From Planctomycetota bacterium (GTDB lineage Bacteria > Planctomycetota > UBA1135 > GCA-002748355), in contig JACKHW010000003.1 in the NCBI GenBank assembly GCA_020638795.1, positions 338,027 to 402,026 on the forward strand: 64,000 bases of DNA, written 5' to 3'. Position 1 is the first letter of the stretch, and the number at the start of each line of letters is the position of its first letter. Below are positions 33,756 through 42,243 of the stretch, piece by piece. A program made the translations under genes and the position numbers. The notes beneath the pieces were generated by a model, which did no database searches, had not been told where the DNA came from, and saw only the letters and a list, made by a program, of their open reading frames with translations.

Positions 33756-35921
33756 TCAGCGGAACGTCACGTATTTCCCGCCCGAATCGAGGGCCAGATG
33801 CTCGAGGATCTGCAGCGATCCGCCGACCGCGACCGTGTGGATCACGATCTTCCGGTGCTCGTTCCATCGCTTGACGTCGTCGCGGATCTGGGCCGGATCC
33901 GTGACTTCACCCGCGGTCGGCTCGCCGTCGGACAGCAAGTAGATCGTGTCGACATCGGGATCGTCGAACGCTTCCTTGACGGCGTCGTACAGATTGGTGC
34001 CACCACCGGCGCCGAGGCGATCGATCCAGACCTTCGCCTGCTCGCGAGTCTTCTTGGTCATACCGCCGATGTCCTCCTTGGCCCAACGCTCGACACCGGA
34101 CGAGAAGACGAAGATGTTGAACAGCGCATTCCCGGCGAGACTCTCGATGGCCGCGAGTAGTTCGCGCTTGGCGACTTCGAGCCGCGTCGCTTCGCGCTTG
34201 CCTTCGTAGCGGCCGAGAACCGGTTCGACCATCGAACCCGAGACGTCGAGGATGAAGATCACGCGCTGCGACGTGATCTCGACACCGAAGAACTTCGCGA
34301 CGACGGTCGTTTCCTTGAGGCGCTTCAGTTCTCGCTCGGTCGCGGCCTTTTCCAACTCCGCAGCGGTCGGTACCTCGAAGCTCTTGCCTTCCTTGTCCCA
34401 CCAGGCACGCCACGCCTTCGCGTCCTGCTCGAAGGTCTGCGCCGTCAAACTCCATAGCGCGTCGGCGACTGCGATTCCGAGGCGACCCGATTCGCGACCG
34501 AGAGCATCGATCAGGAGTGGGACCGCCTCCTTGTTGCGCGAATCCCTCAGCGCGTCGATGGCCACGTAACGCGTCGACCAGTCCTTGTGGATGAGTCCCT
34601 GCTTGAGATATTCGAGAAGGCCCTTCGCGTCCGCCTTCGAGAGTTGTTCGAGTGCCGCATTGCGAATGTCACGATCCGGATCCGTGACGAACGCCTCGAG
34701 GCGTTTGACCCATGCGGCCGAACGCCCTTCGAGCTTGCTGATCGCTTCGATGACGAAGCGAACATCCGCCGGCTCCTTCGGCTTGTCGAGCATCTTGTAG
34801 AGCTCTTCGAGCGAGTCCTTGTCACCGCGTTCGGCGAGTACGAGCGCCGTCTCGCGACGCACCTCGGCATCCTTGTCGGCGAGGCCCTTGCGGATCTTCT
34901 CGACGAGTTTCGGATCGTCGATGTGCATCGTCGCCCAGAGCGCGAAGACCTTTTCGTAGGGCGCGCCACGACCGATCAGCTTCACCAGCTTCTGGTCGAC
35001 GGACTTGTCCTTCATGTCCCCGAGTAGGCTGGCCATCGTGCGTCGGAGGTCTTCGGGCGTGACCGCTTTCTTCTTCGCGAGCTTGAGGAACGCGTTCGCG
35101 AGCTTCGCGCCTTGCAGCTCGGCGAGGATCTTCGCGGCCTCGGATCGCGTCATGCCGGGCACGTCGACGCGTTCGAACATCTTGGTCGCGAGTTCGGCGA
35201 CGCGTTTCGATCCCTTCCGATGCAATGCCTTGAGGGCAACGTTGCGCATCTTCTGACTGGTGTCCTTCTCGAGGATGTCGATCAGATCCTTCTCCTCGAC
35301 CTTCTCGGCAACGGCTTCGAACGCAACGACACGGATGTCCTCGAGTTCGGGACGATCGGGCGGGTCGTCCTTACCACGCTTCGCGCCCTTCTTGCTGCGC
35401 CCCTTGGCCTCGAATGGCTTCCAGAGTTCTTTGTAGAACGGCAGGTCCTCGTCACTCAGGTTGCGCACGTGCGCCGAAAGCGCCGCCTTGCGCACCGTAT
35501 CATCGGCTTCCGACTGCACGATCGTCGCGAGGAAGTGTTTTCCGAGTGACGGGCTGTTCGCGAGCGCATCCACGGCCGCCTGGCGCAGCTCCGGCTGCGT
35601 CGCCGTCGTTGCGACGTTGGTGATCTTCTCGAGCGCCGGCTGCTGCGCTTCTTGGATCCCGTCGAACTTTGCGAGCGCGAAGACGACTTCGCGCTTCAAA
35701 TAGACACTGCCGGCCTTGTCATAGAACTCGACGAGTCCCTGCATCGCGTCGCGCGTGCCGATCTCCGCGATCTTGTACAGGTCTTCGGGCTTCGCATCGC
35801 TTCCGGCGGCCTTGACCTTGTCGAGGAGCGACGCGAGTTCTTTGGCTTGGGCGAGACACGTCCCGCTGACGCACGAAACGAGCGTGCACAGCAACAGAGT
35901 GGCGTTTCGGAACGGATTCAT
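33756..35921 (-). CDS. HEAT-repeat protein with C-terminal von Willebrand factor A domain, secreted
   Basis: The ATG at 35921 gives signal peptide MNPFRNATLLLCTLVSCVSGTCLAQA. Repeated HEAT-like helices follow. The vWA start is VIFILDVSGSM, and the tail is LLSDGEPT...IHTVAVGG. Confidence 0.7.
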   Translation of the reverse strand: MNPFRNATLLLCTLVSCVSGTCLAQAKELASLLDKVKAAGSDAKPEDLYKIAEIGTRDAMQGLVEFYDKAGSVYLKREVVFALAKFDGIQEAQQPALEKITNVATTATQPELRQAAVDALANSPSLGKHFLATIVQSEADDTVRKAALSAHVRNLSDEDLPFYKELWKPFEAKGRSKKGAKRGKDDPPDRPELEDIRVVAFEAVAEKVEEKDLIDILEKDTSQKMRNVALKALHRKGSKRVAELATKMFERVDVPGMTRSEAAKILAELQGAKLANAFLKLAKKKAVTPEDLRRTMASLLGDMKDKSVDQKLVKLIGRGAPYEKVFALWATMHIDDPKLVEKIRKGLADKDAEVRRETALVLAERGDKDSLEELYKMLDKPKEPADVRFVIEAISKLEGRSAAWVKRLEAFVTDPDRDIRNAALEQLSKADAKGLLEYLKQGLIHKDWSTRYVAIDALRDSRNKEAVPLLIDALGRESGRLGIAVADALWSLTAQTFEQDAKAWRAWWDKEGKSFEVPTAAELEKAATERELKRLKETTVVAKFFGVEITSQRVIFILDVSGSMVEPVLGRYEGKREATRLEVAKRELLAAIESLAGNALFNIFVFSSGVERWAKEDIGGMTKKTREQAKVWIDRLGAGGGTNLYDAVKEAFDDPDVDTIYLLSDGEPTAGEVTDPAQIRDDVKRWNEHRKIVIHTVAVGGSLQILEHLALDSGGKYVTFR

Positions 35922-35978
35922 ACAGCGATCGTCGGGGCCCCGGTGGTCACTGTCAAATGGCCAGGCGAGTTGCAGCAC

Positions 35979-37154
35979 TCAGCCCTGCTTCTTGCCTCCC
36001 ACCCGGGCAGCACGATCGAGGTCGTTCGCCTTGCGTTCGAAGTGGTCACGGATCTTCGCGTCCAACTCGTCCGCCGCTCCGATGTCGTCATCCTTGTCGA
36101 CCCATCCGCGGCGCCGCGCGACGAAGAGCGCGTCCGCGAAGTGTGGGTCGTCGACGAAGCCGGGGATCCAATGCACGGGTCGCAGCGCGCTCGCAGGCGC
36201 GAGGACGACCCAGCCCTCCGCGAGCTTGTCGAACGAATCGACGAAGCGAAAAGCCATCTGCGTCGAGTCGGTCCAATGCGCGAACGGCGACTCGACAACA
36301 TCGAAGCCGATCGCACGTCCGTCGCCAGCGAGCGTTTCGATCGTCTTCGACAGACTACCGAACTCGTGGTGCAGAACCACCTGCCGGACGCGACTCCCGT
36401 ACCGCTTGCGCAGCACGGTCCCGAGTCGCACACCTTGCGCCGTCACCGTGTGCGCGAAGCCGCAGTGCACGAGCACTTTCGGCGCATCATCGCCGGCGGG
36501 AGCAATGTGCTTCGCGACCGAAGCGATCATCGTCTGCTCACGCGCGAGAAACGCTTCTGCGCGCTTCGCTGCGGACGTTTCGTTCCAGAGCGCGACTTGC
36601 TTCCAGTCGCTGTCGATGCCGACGAAGCGCAAGAGACGCGGCTCTGCGGTGCGGGCACGCTCCTCGTGGTTGGCCTTCCACACCGCCTCGACGATCGCGA
36701 GATATTCGACATAGCCCCAGGTGGGCCAGGCGACTTCGCGAGAGATCGCAATCGCACGATCGCGGTCGAACCGCTCACCACGGCCATCGGCGATCGCATC
36801 GAGGTCATCCTGGCGACTCGATGGATAGAACTCCGACGCGAGCACGCGGACGCCGGCCTTCACGAGCCGCGGCACGAGCGCGGTGACGAACGCACAGTTC
36901 TGCCGCACCTCATGATGCTCGCCAAGCAGTACGACATCGTGGTGCTCGAACGTCGCGAGCACGTAGTCGAGAGGAGCACGCCCCTTGCTCTCGAGCCAAT
37001 CGGTGTAGGTACGCTTGATCTCCGCATCGTCGAGATCGATCGCACCGATGTCGATCTTGGTCGACTGCGCCGGCACGACGCCACACGTGGCGAGCGCCAA
37101 CAAGGAAGAGAGACAGTGCCTTGCGACATCCACACGAACTCGGCTTGGCGTCAT
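35979..37154 (-). CDS. hypothetical secreted protein (possible ChaN/Tiki-like fold)
   Basis: A signal peptide is present. HHDVVLLGEHHEVRQN resembles the GEHH motif of ChaN-type proteins. The assignment is weak. Confidence 0.4.
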   Translation of the reverse strand: MTPSRVRVDVARHCLSSLLALATCGVVPAQSTKIDIGAIDLDDAEIKRTYTDWLESKGRAPLDYVLATFEHHDVVLLGEHHEVRQNCAFVTALVPRLVKAGVRVLASEFYPSSRQDDLDAIADGRGERFDRDRAIAISREVAWPTWGYVEYLAIVEAVWKANHEERARTAEPRLLRFVGIDSDWKQVALWNETSAAKRAEAFLAREQTMIASVAKHIAPAGDDAPKVLVHCGFAHTVTAQGVRLGTVLRKRYGSRVRQVVLHHEFGSLSKTIETLAGDGRAIGFDVVESPFAHWTDSTQMAFRFVDSFDKLAEGWVVLAPASALRPVHWIPGFVDDPHFADALFVARRRGWVDKDDDIGAADELDAKIRDHFERKANDLDRAARVGGKKQG

Positions 37155-37181
37155 TCGATGTCCTCGAGTCGTTTCATGGAA

Positions 37182-37421
37182 TCATTCCGAGTCGCCGACA
37201 TCCCGCTCGAGGGTCGCCCCGCTCTCGAGAAAGCCGGTGCTTCCGTCGTACGACTCGAGCAGCGCGAGAACCGCGGCTCCGAGCGAAACATCGCCTTCTC
37301 GAATCCTAGCGACGAAGGCAGCGCGCGCCGGTGGCTCGAGTTCGAGTGCATCCCCGACGATCTGCTTGACGTGGTCCCAGCTCCATGGGCGATTCGCCCG
37401 ATCTCGATGGATCTCCTTCAT
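37182..37421 (-). CDS. 79-aa protein matching only the N-terminal sigma-partner module of ECF-associated Ser/Thr kinases
   Basis: From the ATG at 37421: MKEIHRDRANRPWSWDHVKQIVGDALELEPPARAAFVARIREGDVSLGAAVLALLESYDGSTGFLE.... This matches the W..v..l...AlEl.p..R.afl......D..L...v..LL pattern, and no kinase domain follows. Confidence 0.4.
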   Translation of the reverse strand: MKEIHRDRANRPWSWDHVKQIVGDALELEPPARAAFVARIREGDVSLGAAVLALLESYDGSTGFLESGATLERDVGDSE

Positions 37422-37585
37422 CGCTCTGCGCACCTCGTGGCTCGTGGTGCTTCCCCATGCGCAGGGCGCCCTCGGTGCGGGCCACGGAAAAAGGAGTTCG
37501 CTATGGATCGTCGCCAACGCGCCCGTCACATCACGCAGGCGGCGCATGCCCGACTTCTCCGACGCGCTGGTATGCTCGACCGAGT

Positions 37586-38203
37586 ATGAACTCGGATTCG
37601 GAACAACCGTCCGACGCGGGGCAAGGGCACAGCGCCGAAGTCACGCTCTTGTTGCAGGCCATCCGCAACGACGAGGACGGAGCGAGCGATCGCCTGCTCG
37701 AACTCGTCTATGACCAGCTGCATCGACTCGCCGACGCCAAGATGCAGAACGAGCGGCCCGACCACACGCTTCAGGCCACGGCGCTCGTGCACGAGGCCTA
37801 CATGCGCCTACTCGGCACGGATGGCGGCTTCGAGAACCGTCGACACTTCTTCGGCGCCGCGGCGCAGGCGATGCGACGCATCCTGATCGACCGCTACCGC
37901 CGAAACCACAGCGAAAAGCGCGGAGGTTCGCGCGAACGAGTGGACCAGGACCTCGGCGGCATCGTGCAGCAGGGAGACGGCGTCGAAGCGCTCGACCTCC
38001 TCGCGCTCGACGAGGCCCTGAAGGACCTCGAAGTCCAAGATCCACGCATGGCCCAGATCGTCATGCTGCGTTTCTTCGCCGGGCTCGACGTCGAGCAAAC
38101 GGCCGAAGCGCTCGAGATCTCGCCCCGCACCGTCAAGCGCGACTGGGCCGTCGCAAGGGCATGGCTGTTTCAGCGCCTCGGTGGTAACGACGCGGCGGAA
38201 TAA
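37586..38203 (+). CDS. ECF sigma factor, TIGR02999/Sigma70_ECF (kinase-associated) type
   Basis: Contains EVTLLLQAIRNDEDGASDRLLELVYDQLHRLADAKMQNERPDHTLQATALVHEAYMRL...RHFFGAAAQAMRRILID. The start is the ATG at 37586. Confidence 0.85.
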   Translation: MNSDSEQPSDAGQGHSAEVTLLLQAIRNDEDGASDRLLELVYDQLHRLADAKMQNERPDHTLQATALVHEAYMRLLGTDGGFENRRHFFGAAAQAMRRILIDRYRRNHSEKRGGSRERVDQDLGGIVQQGDGVEALDLLALDEALKDLEVQDPRMAQIVMLRFFAGLDVEQTAEALEISPRTVKRDWAVARAWLFQRLGGNDAAE

Positions 38204-38204
38204 C

Positions 38205-38227
38205 GCGTCTCGAAGCCGACGAGACGC
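38205..38227 (+). terminator. hairpin immediately after the ECF sigma stop codon
   Basis: GCGTCTCG (38205-12) is perfectly complementary to CGAGACGC (38220-27), with a 7-nt loop. There is no strong U-tract. Confidence 0.4.
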
Positions 38228-38315
38228 ACTTCGGCGGGGTCAGCGCTCAGTCGACCTGCGTCGTGGTCGCAGCGACCCGGCAACGTGCGGGAAAGCCGGT
38301 GGGCGCGCCGCAGAC

Positions 38316-39197
38316 TCACCCGAGCATCCGCTCGAGTGCGGCCGCGAAGCGCTCGCCGAGTTGCGGTCCCTGCTCGGGATAGAGATAGGGTTCGACGACT
38401 TCGAGTTCGATGAGGGCGAGTTCGCCTGCGTGGCGGACCATGTCGACACGCGCATACAGCAAGCGTTCGCGCGCGGCTCCGAGCACTCGCTTGCACGCGG
38501 CGATCTCATGTTCGGTCGGTTCGTGGACCGCCTCGCGACCACCGTAGAGCGACTGCACGCGGTAGTCGCCCGCTGCCGGGCGTTTGAGCGCGCAGTGCGA
38601 GAACTCGCCATCGAAGAAGAGGAATGAATACTCGCCCTCGATCGTCACCGACTCGAGGAATGGCTGCACCATCGCCGCCGCAGGCGGCCTCTGCTCTGTT
38701 GGTGGCAACGGACTACCACGCGTGACCAGCACCTGCCGCCATGCGCCGGCACCGACGACCGGCTTGACGACGAGACGATCGGTTTCGAAATGATCGAAGG
38801 CACGCCCGATCGTCGTGTCGCTCGCATCGTCCGCGAAGAGCGTCGGAACGATCGCGACTCCGCGAGACTCGAGATCCTGCAGGTAGCGCTTGTCGAGGTT
38901 CCAACGCACGACATCGAGGGAGTTGAAGAGCGGTTTCGTCTCGGCAACGCGTCCGAGCATCGCCAGGAACTCGGCGACACGCTCTTGGTAGTCCCAAGTC
39001 GTGCCGACGACGAAGGCGTCGAAGTCGTCGATGACGAGCTCCGGGTCATCCCAGATCCTCGTGACGAGTTCGATGCCACGCTTCGCGCACGCACGCTGCA
39101 TCGGTTCGAATTCGAGATCGTGCTCCCACGCATCCTCACGCCGCGACGCCCCCTGCAAAACCATGCAGGCAGCACTCAAGAACGCGACACGACGCAT
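38316..39197 (-). CDS. ATP-grasp domain protein (RimK/GshB-like ligase)
   Basis: The ATG at 39197 overlaps the EgtB stop (ATGA). Contains LDKRYLQDLESRGVAIVPT, LVVKPVVGAGAW, VQPFLESVTIEGEYSFLFFDG and ARVDMV...LALIELEVVEP. Confidence 0.65.
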   Translation of the reverse strand: MRRVAFLSAACMVLQGASRREDAWEHDLEFEPMQRACAKRGIELVTRIWDDPELVIDDFDAFVVGTTWDYQERVAEFLAMLGRVAETKPLFNSLDVVRWNLDKRYLQDLESRGVAIVPTLFADDASDTTIGRAFDHFETDRLVVKPVVGAGAWRQVLVTRGSPLPPTEQRPPAAAMVQPFLESVTIEGEYSFLFFDGEFSHCALKRPAAGDYRVQSLYGGREAVHEPTEHEIAACKRVLGAARERLLYARVDMVRHAGELALIELEVVEPYLYPEQGPQLGERFAAALERMLG

Positions 39198-40513
39198 CAG
39201 GCTCTCGCGCCGAGAAGCGCGACGCGCGACGCGTCGGGCGCAACCGTCTTTGCCAACCGGAACCCCGCGAACATCCAACGCTGGTGCGGGTAGTAGAAGT
39301 TGCGATACGAGCGCCGCAAGTGACCTTTGGGTGTCGCGAAGCAGCCGCCACGCAAGACGAACTGGTTGACCATGAACTTGCCGTTGTATTCGCCGAGCAA
39401 GCCTTCGAACGGCACGAAGCCGGGGTATGCCGCGTAGGGACTCGACGTCCACTCCCACACGTCCCCGAACCACGAAGGTCCGGAAGGCAACGGGTGCAAG
39501 ACACCCGACTCGAACAGGTTGCCGTCGACAGGCACGTCGCGGGACGCGCATTCCCATTCGAACTCGGTCGGTAGCCGACAACCCGCCCATCGTGCGTATG
39601 CATCGGCCTCGTAGTAGCTCACGTGGCACACGGGCTCGTCGTCGTCGAGCTCACGCACACCTGCGAGCGACATCGCTTGCACAGGAGTCCCGGTCGTTCG
39701 CCAGTACTCGGGTGCGCGCCAGCCGTTGCGTTGAACGACGTCCCAGCCGTCCGCGAGCCAGAACTCGGGTCGCGCATACCCGCCATCCTCGACGAACGCG
39801 CGATAGTCGGCAACGCTGACAGGGCGATCCGCGATCTCGAACGCCTCGACACGCGCCACGTGCCGCGGCCGCTCGTTGTCGTACGCGAAGCCGTCCGTCT
39901 CGGCGCCGATCTCGTGGAAGTCGCCCTCGAAGGCGAGGAAGCGACTCTTCTCGGCGGCACGCTCGAGCTTCGCTGCCGACTCGACGGATGTACGACGCCG
40001 ATAGACCGGGTCGAACGGGCTGTGCGCGAGCACGTGGAGCACGTCCATCAGGAGGAGTTCCTGATGCTGCTCTTCGTGCGACATCCCGATCTCGAGGAGC
40101 GACGCGACCTCGTTCAGCAGCGCTTCGTCGGAGTCCTCGATCAACCGCCGCACTGCACTGTCGACAGTCTCTCGGTACGCGATCACATCGCGTACCGTCG
40201 GGCGCGAAACGAGTCCGCGCTTGTCCCTCGGATAGGGTGCACCGAGCGCTTGGTAGTACGAGTTGAAGAGTTCGTGATAGGCCGGATCGACGGGTTCGTA
40301 GCCTGGCACGAAGCGAGACAGAACGACCGCCTCGAAGAACCACGAAACGTGCGCGAGATGCCACTTGGTCGGGCTCACGTCGGGCATCGTCTGCACGACC
40401 ATGTCCTCGATCTCGAGAGGGTCGCACAGGGCCATCGTGCGCATGCGCACCAGCGCATAGTCCTCGAGCAGTCGCTCACGCGAAACCCGCGCCCCGGTCG
40501 GTAACGTCGTCAT
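39197..40513 (-). CDS. egtB: EgtB-type sulfoxide synthase (DinB_2 plus FGE-sulfatase domains)
   Basis: Contains WHLAHVSWFFE and the three-His iron site MSHEEQHQELLL. The C-terminal part reads PVCHVSYYEADAYARWAG, GDVWEWTSSPY, VLRGGCFATP and NFYYPHQRWMFAGFRLAK. Confidence 0.8.
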   Translation of the reverse strand: MTTLPTGARVSRERLLEDYALVRMRTMALCDPLEIEDMVVQTMPDVSPTKWHLAHVSWFFEAVVLSRFVPGYEPVDPAYHELFNSYYQALGAPYPRDKRGLVSRPTVRDVIAYRETVDSAVRRLIEDSDEALLNEVASLLEIGMSHEEQHQELLLMDVLHVLAHSPFDPVYRRRTSVESAAKLERAAEKSRFLAFEGDFHEIGAETDGFAYDNERPRHVARVEAFEIADRPVSVADYRAFVEDGGYARPEFWLADGWDVVQRNGWRAPEYWRTTGTPVQAMSLAGVRELDDDEPVCHVSYYEADAYARWAGCRLPTEFEWECASRDVPVDGNLFESGVLHPLPSGPSWFGDVWEWTSSPYAAYPGFVPFEGLLGEYNGKFMVNQFVLRGGCFATPKGHLRRSYRNFYYPHQRWMFAGFRLAKTVAPDASRVALLGARA

Positions 40514-40556
40514 GAGTCGTTCTTCGTGATGCTTTGGATGTGTGGCTGCGTGGCGA

Positions 40557-41399
40557 TCAGGAGCCCTGCTCGGGCAGGGCATTCCTAGAATCCGAGGACG
40601 GCAAGCTGCCGAGGCGCGTCAACGCGCAGCGTTCGGCCTCATAGTCCGACTCCGCGACCGCCGCGAAGCCTCGAACACCGCATTCCGCGAACTGGTCACG
40701 CGTGCCTGGATGGCTGCAAAGCGTGTCGAGCGCATCCGCGATTTCGACCGCGGTCGGCAGGTCGGGCGCTCGCCGCACGATGATCGGCTGGATCGGGAAG
40801 GGTCCGAGGGACACGATGCATCGCAGCCGCGTCCCCCACGTCGGATCCTCTCGACGCGCGAGCGCGAGGACGTTGGAGTCGATCGCGGCACAGTCGATGG
40901 CTCCGGTACGGATTGCTTCGAGTGACGCGGCATGCGATCCGGTGCACACCTGTCGCGCGAACAACGCCTCGAGTCCGCGCTCCTGGAGGTGTTGTTTGGT
41001 CGCGAAGTACCCGGACAACGAACACTCGTCGTTGTATCCCCAAACCGCACCATGCAGATCCTCGAGCGCATGTGCATCGCTCTCCGCGCGCACGACGAGC
41101 TCGGAGTAGTAGCGCGGACGGCCATCGATCCGCACGTCGTCGAACACGAACCCGCGAGGAACGAGGTCGACGGACGGCTCGAAGGCCGAACTCAGATAGA
41201 GATACGAGGGCGCACAGACGAAACCGAGGTCCATCGAGGCGCCGCGGAACGGATCGTCGTGCTCGTGCATCGGCCCCGACGATTGCGTCAGAGACGTCAG
41301 GTTCCATGCGCGACCGAGGGTGCGCGCGAGTGCTTCGGTGACGAGTTCGAAGAGGCGCTTCGGAAGGCCTGGCGCCAAGTACGTCACCGCTCGCAGCAT
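40557..41399 (-). CDS. PhnD/SsuA-like substrate-binding-fold protein without an obvious signal peptide
   Basis: Starts MLRAVTYLAPGLPKRLFELVTEAL and contains LGFVCAPSYLYL and GAIDCAAIDSNVL. It is recognised at fold level only. Confidence 0.5.
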   Translation of the reverse strand: MLRAVTYLAPGLPKRLFELVTEALARTLGRAWNLTSLTQSSGPMHEHDDPFRGASMDLGFVCAPSYLYLSSAFEPSVDLVPRGFVFDDVRIDGRPRYYSELVVRAESDAHALEDLHGAVWGYNDECSLSGYFATKQHLQERGLEALFARQVCTGSHAASLEAIRTGAIDCAAIDSNVLALARREDPTWGTRLRCIVSLGPFPIQPIIVRRAPDLPTAVEIADALDTLCSHPGTRDQFAECGVRGFAAVAESDYEAERCALTRLGSLPSSDSRNALPEQGS

Positions 41400-41470
41400 G
41401 GGTTCGGGCGGATGGCGTATCGAGCGGTTGGTAGCGGATCGGCGGGACAAGGCGGCGTCGGCGCAGCGGC

Positions 41471-41494
41471 GGCAACAAAGGCTACATCGTAGCC
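41471..41494 (-). terminator. short hairpin plus T-rich tract after the gene ending at 41502
   Basis: The minus strand reads GGCTAC-GAT-GTAGCC followed by TTTGTTG. Confidence 0.4.
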
Positions 41495-41501
41495 GCGCCC
41501 G

Positions 41502-42170
41502 TCACGGCGTCACGAGGGTTCCGTGCGCCGGAAGCTGCGAGTCGGTCCCCTTCGCCGCCAGAGCGGCCTCGTACATCCGTAGACGGCGCCGATAATCATC
41601 GCGGTCTTCGCTCGCGATCGCGCGTTGCTGGAGGGACACGGCTTCCTCGACCTGGCCGTCGAAGAACTTCGCCATCGCGAGGACGTCGCACGCGCGCGCC
41701 GAGGGCTCTTCGTCGTCCTGCACCGCGTGCTCCGCCAATCGAAGCGCCGCGCGATCGAACTCGCGCATCGTCTCCCGACTCGTCATCAGCGACCACGCTT
41801 GCTCGAGCACCTGTCGGTCGTTGCGTCCGTGACGCTCGATCCACGAGGCGAGCGAACGCGTCGCGCGCTCTTCGTGACCGTTCTTGTCGCACCACTGGAA
41901 GTACACGAGCGAATTGCGAGCCGGGGTGCAGTTGTGACGGCGCTCTTGCGTGTCCTGCGCCTCGAGCATGTCGAGGCTCTCGTTCAGTTGGCGACGAATC
42001 TCGACGTTTTCCCCCTCCTGGACCGCGAGCGCGGCTTGCAGGCGTTCGATCTCGCGCTGCTGCTCACAGCGCAGTTGTCCTTGTTCGCTCGATTCGCCCC
42101 ACCGGATGGCTCCGAGGGACAGGGTCGCGGCGACGAGAACGGAACCGATGATCACGATCTTTCCTGGCAT
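41502..42170 (-). CDS. hypothetical membrane-anchored protein
   Basis: The ATG at 42170 gives MPGKIVIIGSVLVAATLSLGAI (TM anchor), followed by a coiled, charged region. The track ORF extends upstream as a shadow of the Kelch gene region. Confidence 0.45.
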   Translation of the reverse strand: MPGKIVIIGSVLVAATLSLGAIRWGESSEQGQLRCEQQREIERLQAALAVQEGENVEIRRQLNESLDMLEAQDTQERRHNCTPARNSLVYFQWCDKNGHEERATRSLASWIERHGRNDRQVLEQAWSLMTSRETMREFDRAALRLAEHAVQDDEEPSARACDVLAMAKFFDGQVEEAVSLQQRAIASEDRDDYRRRLRMYEAALAAKGTDSQLPAHGTLVTP

Positions 42171-42243
42171 TGCTTCCTCCGCGGCGCAGTGTGCCAGATC
42201 GTCGCAGCACTGTCGCGTGCGCGAACCGGGAAGTACGCCTCTG

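Noticed and set aside
35652-37589. Very long ORFs in the track run opposite to, or out of frame with, recognisable genes. Examples are 35652..37589 (+, 645 aa), 27560..29083 (-, 507 aa), 54615..56627 (+, 670 aa), 59752..61557 (+, 601 aa), 16703..18058 (+, 451 aa), 22494.. and 24796.. and many 100-300 aa ORFs.
   Set aside because: Their translations are Arg/Ala/Pro/Gly-rich low-complexity strings with no motifs. They overlap genes with clear family signatures. This is the usual stop-codon-poor shadow effect of high-GC DNA.
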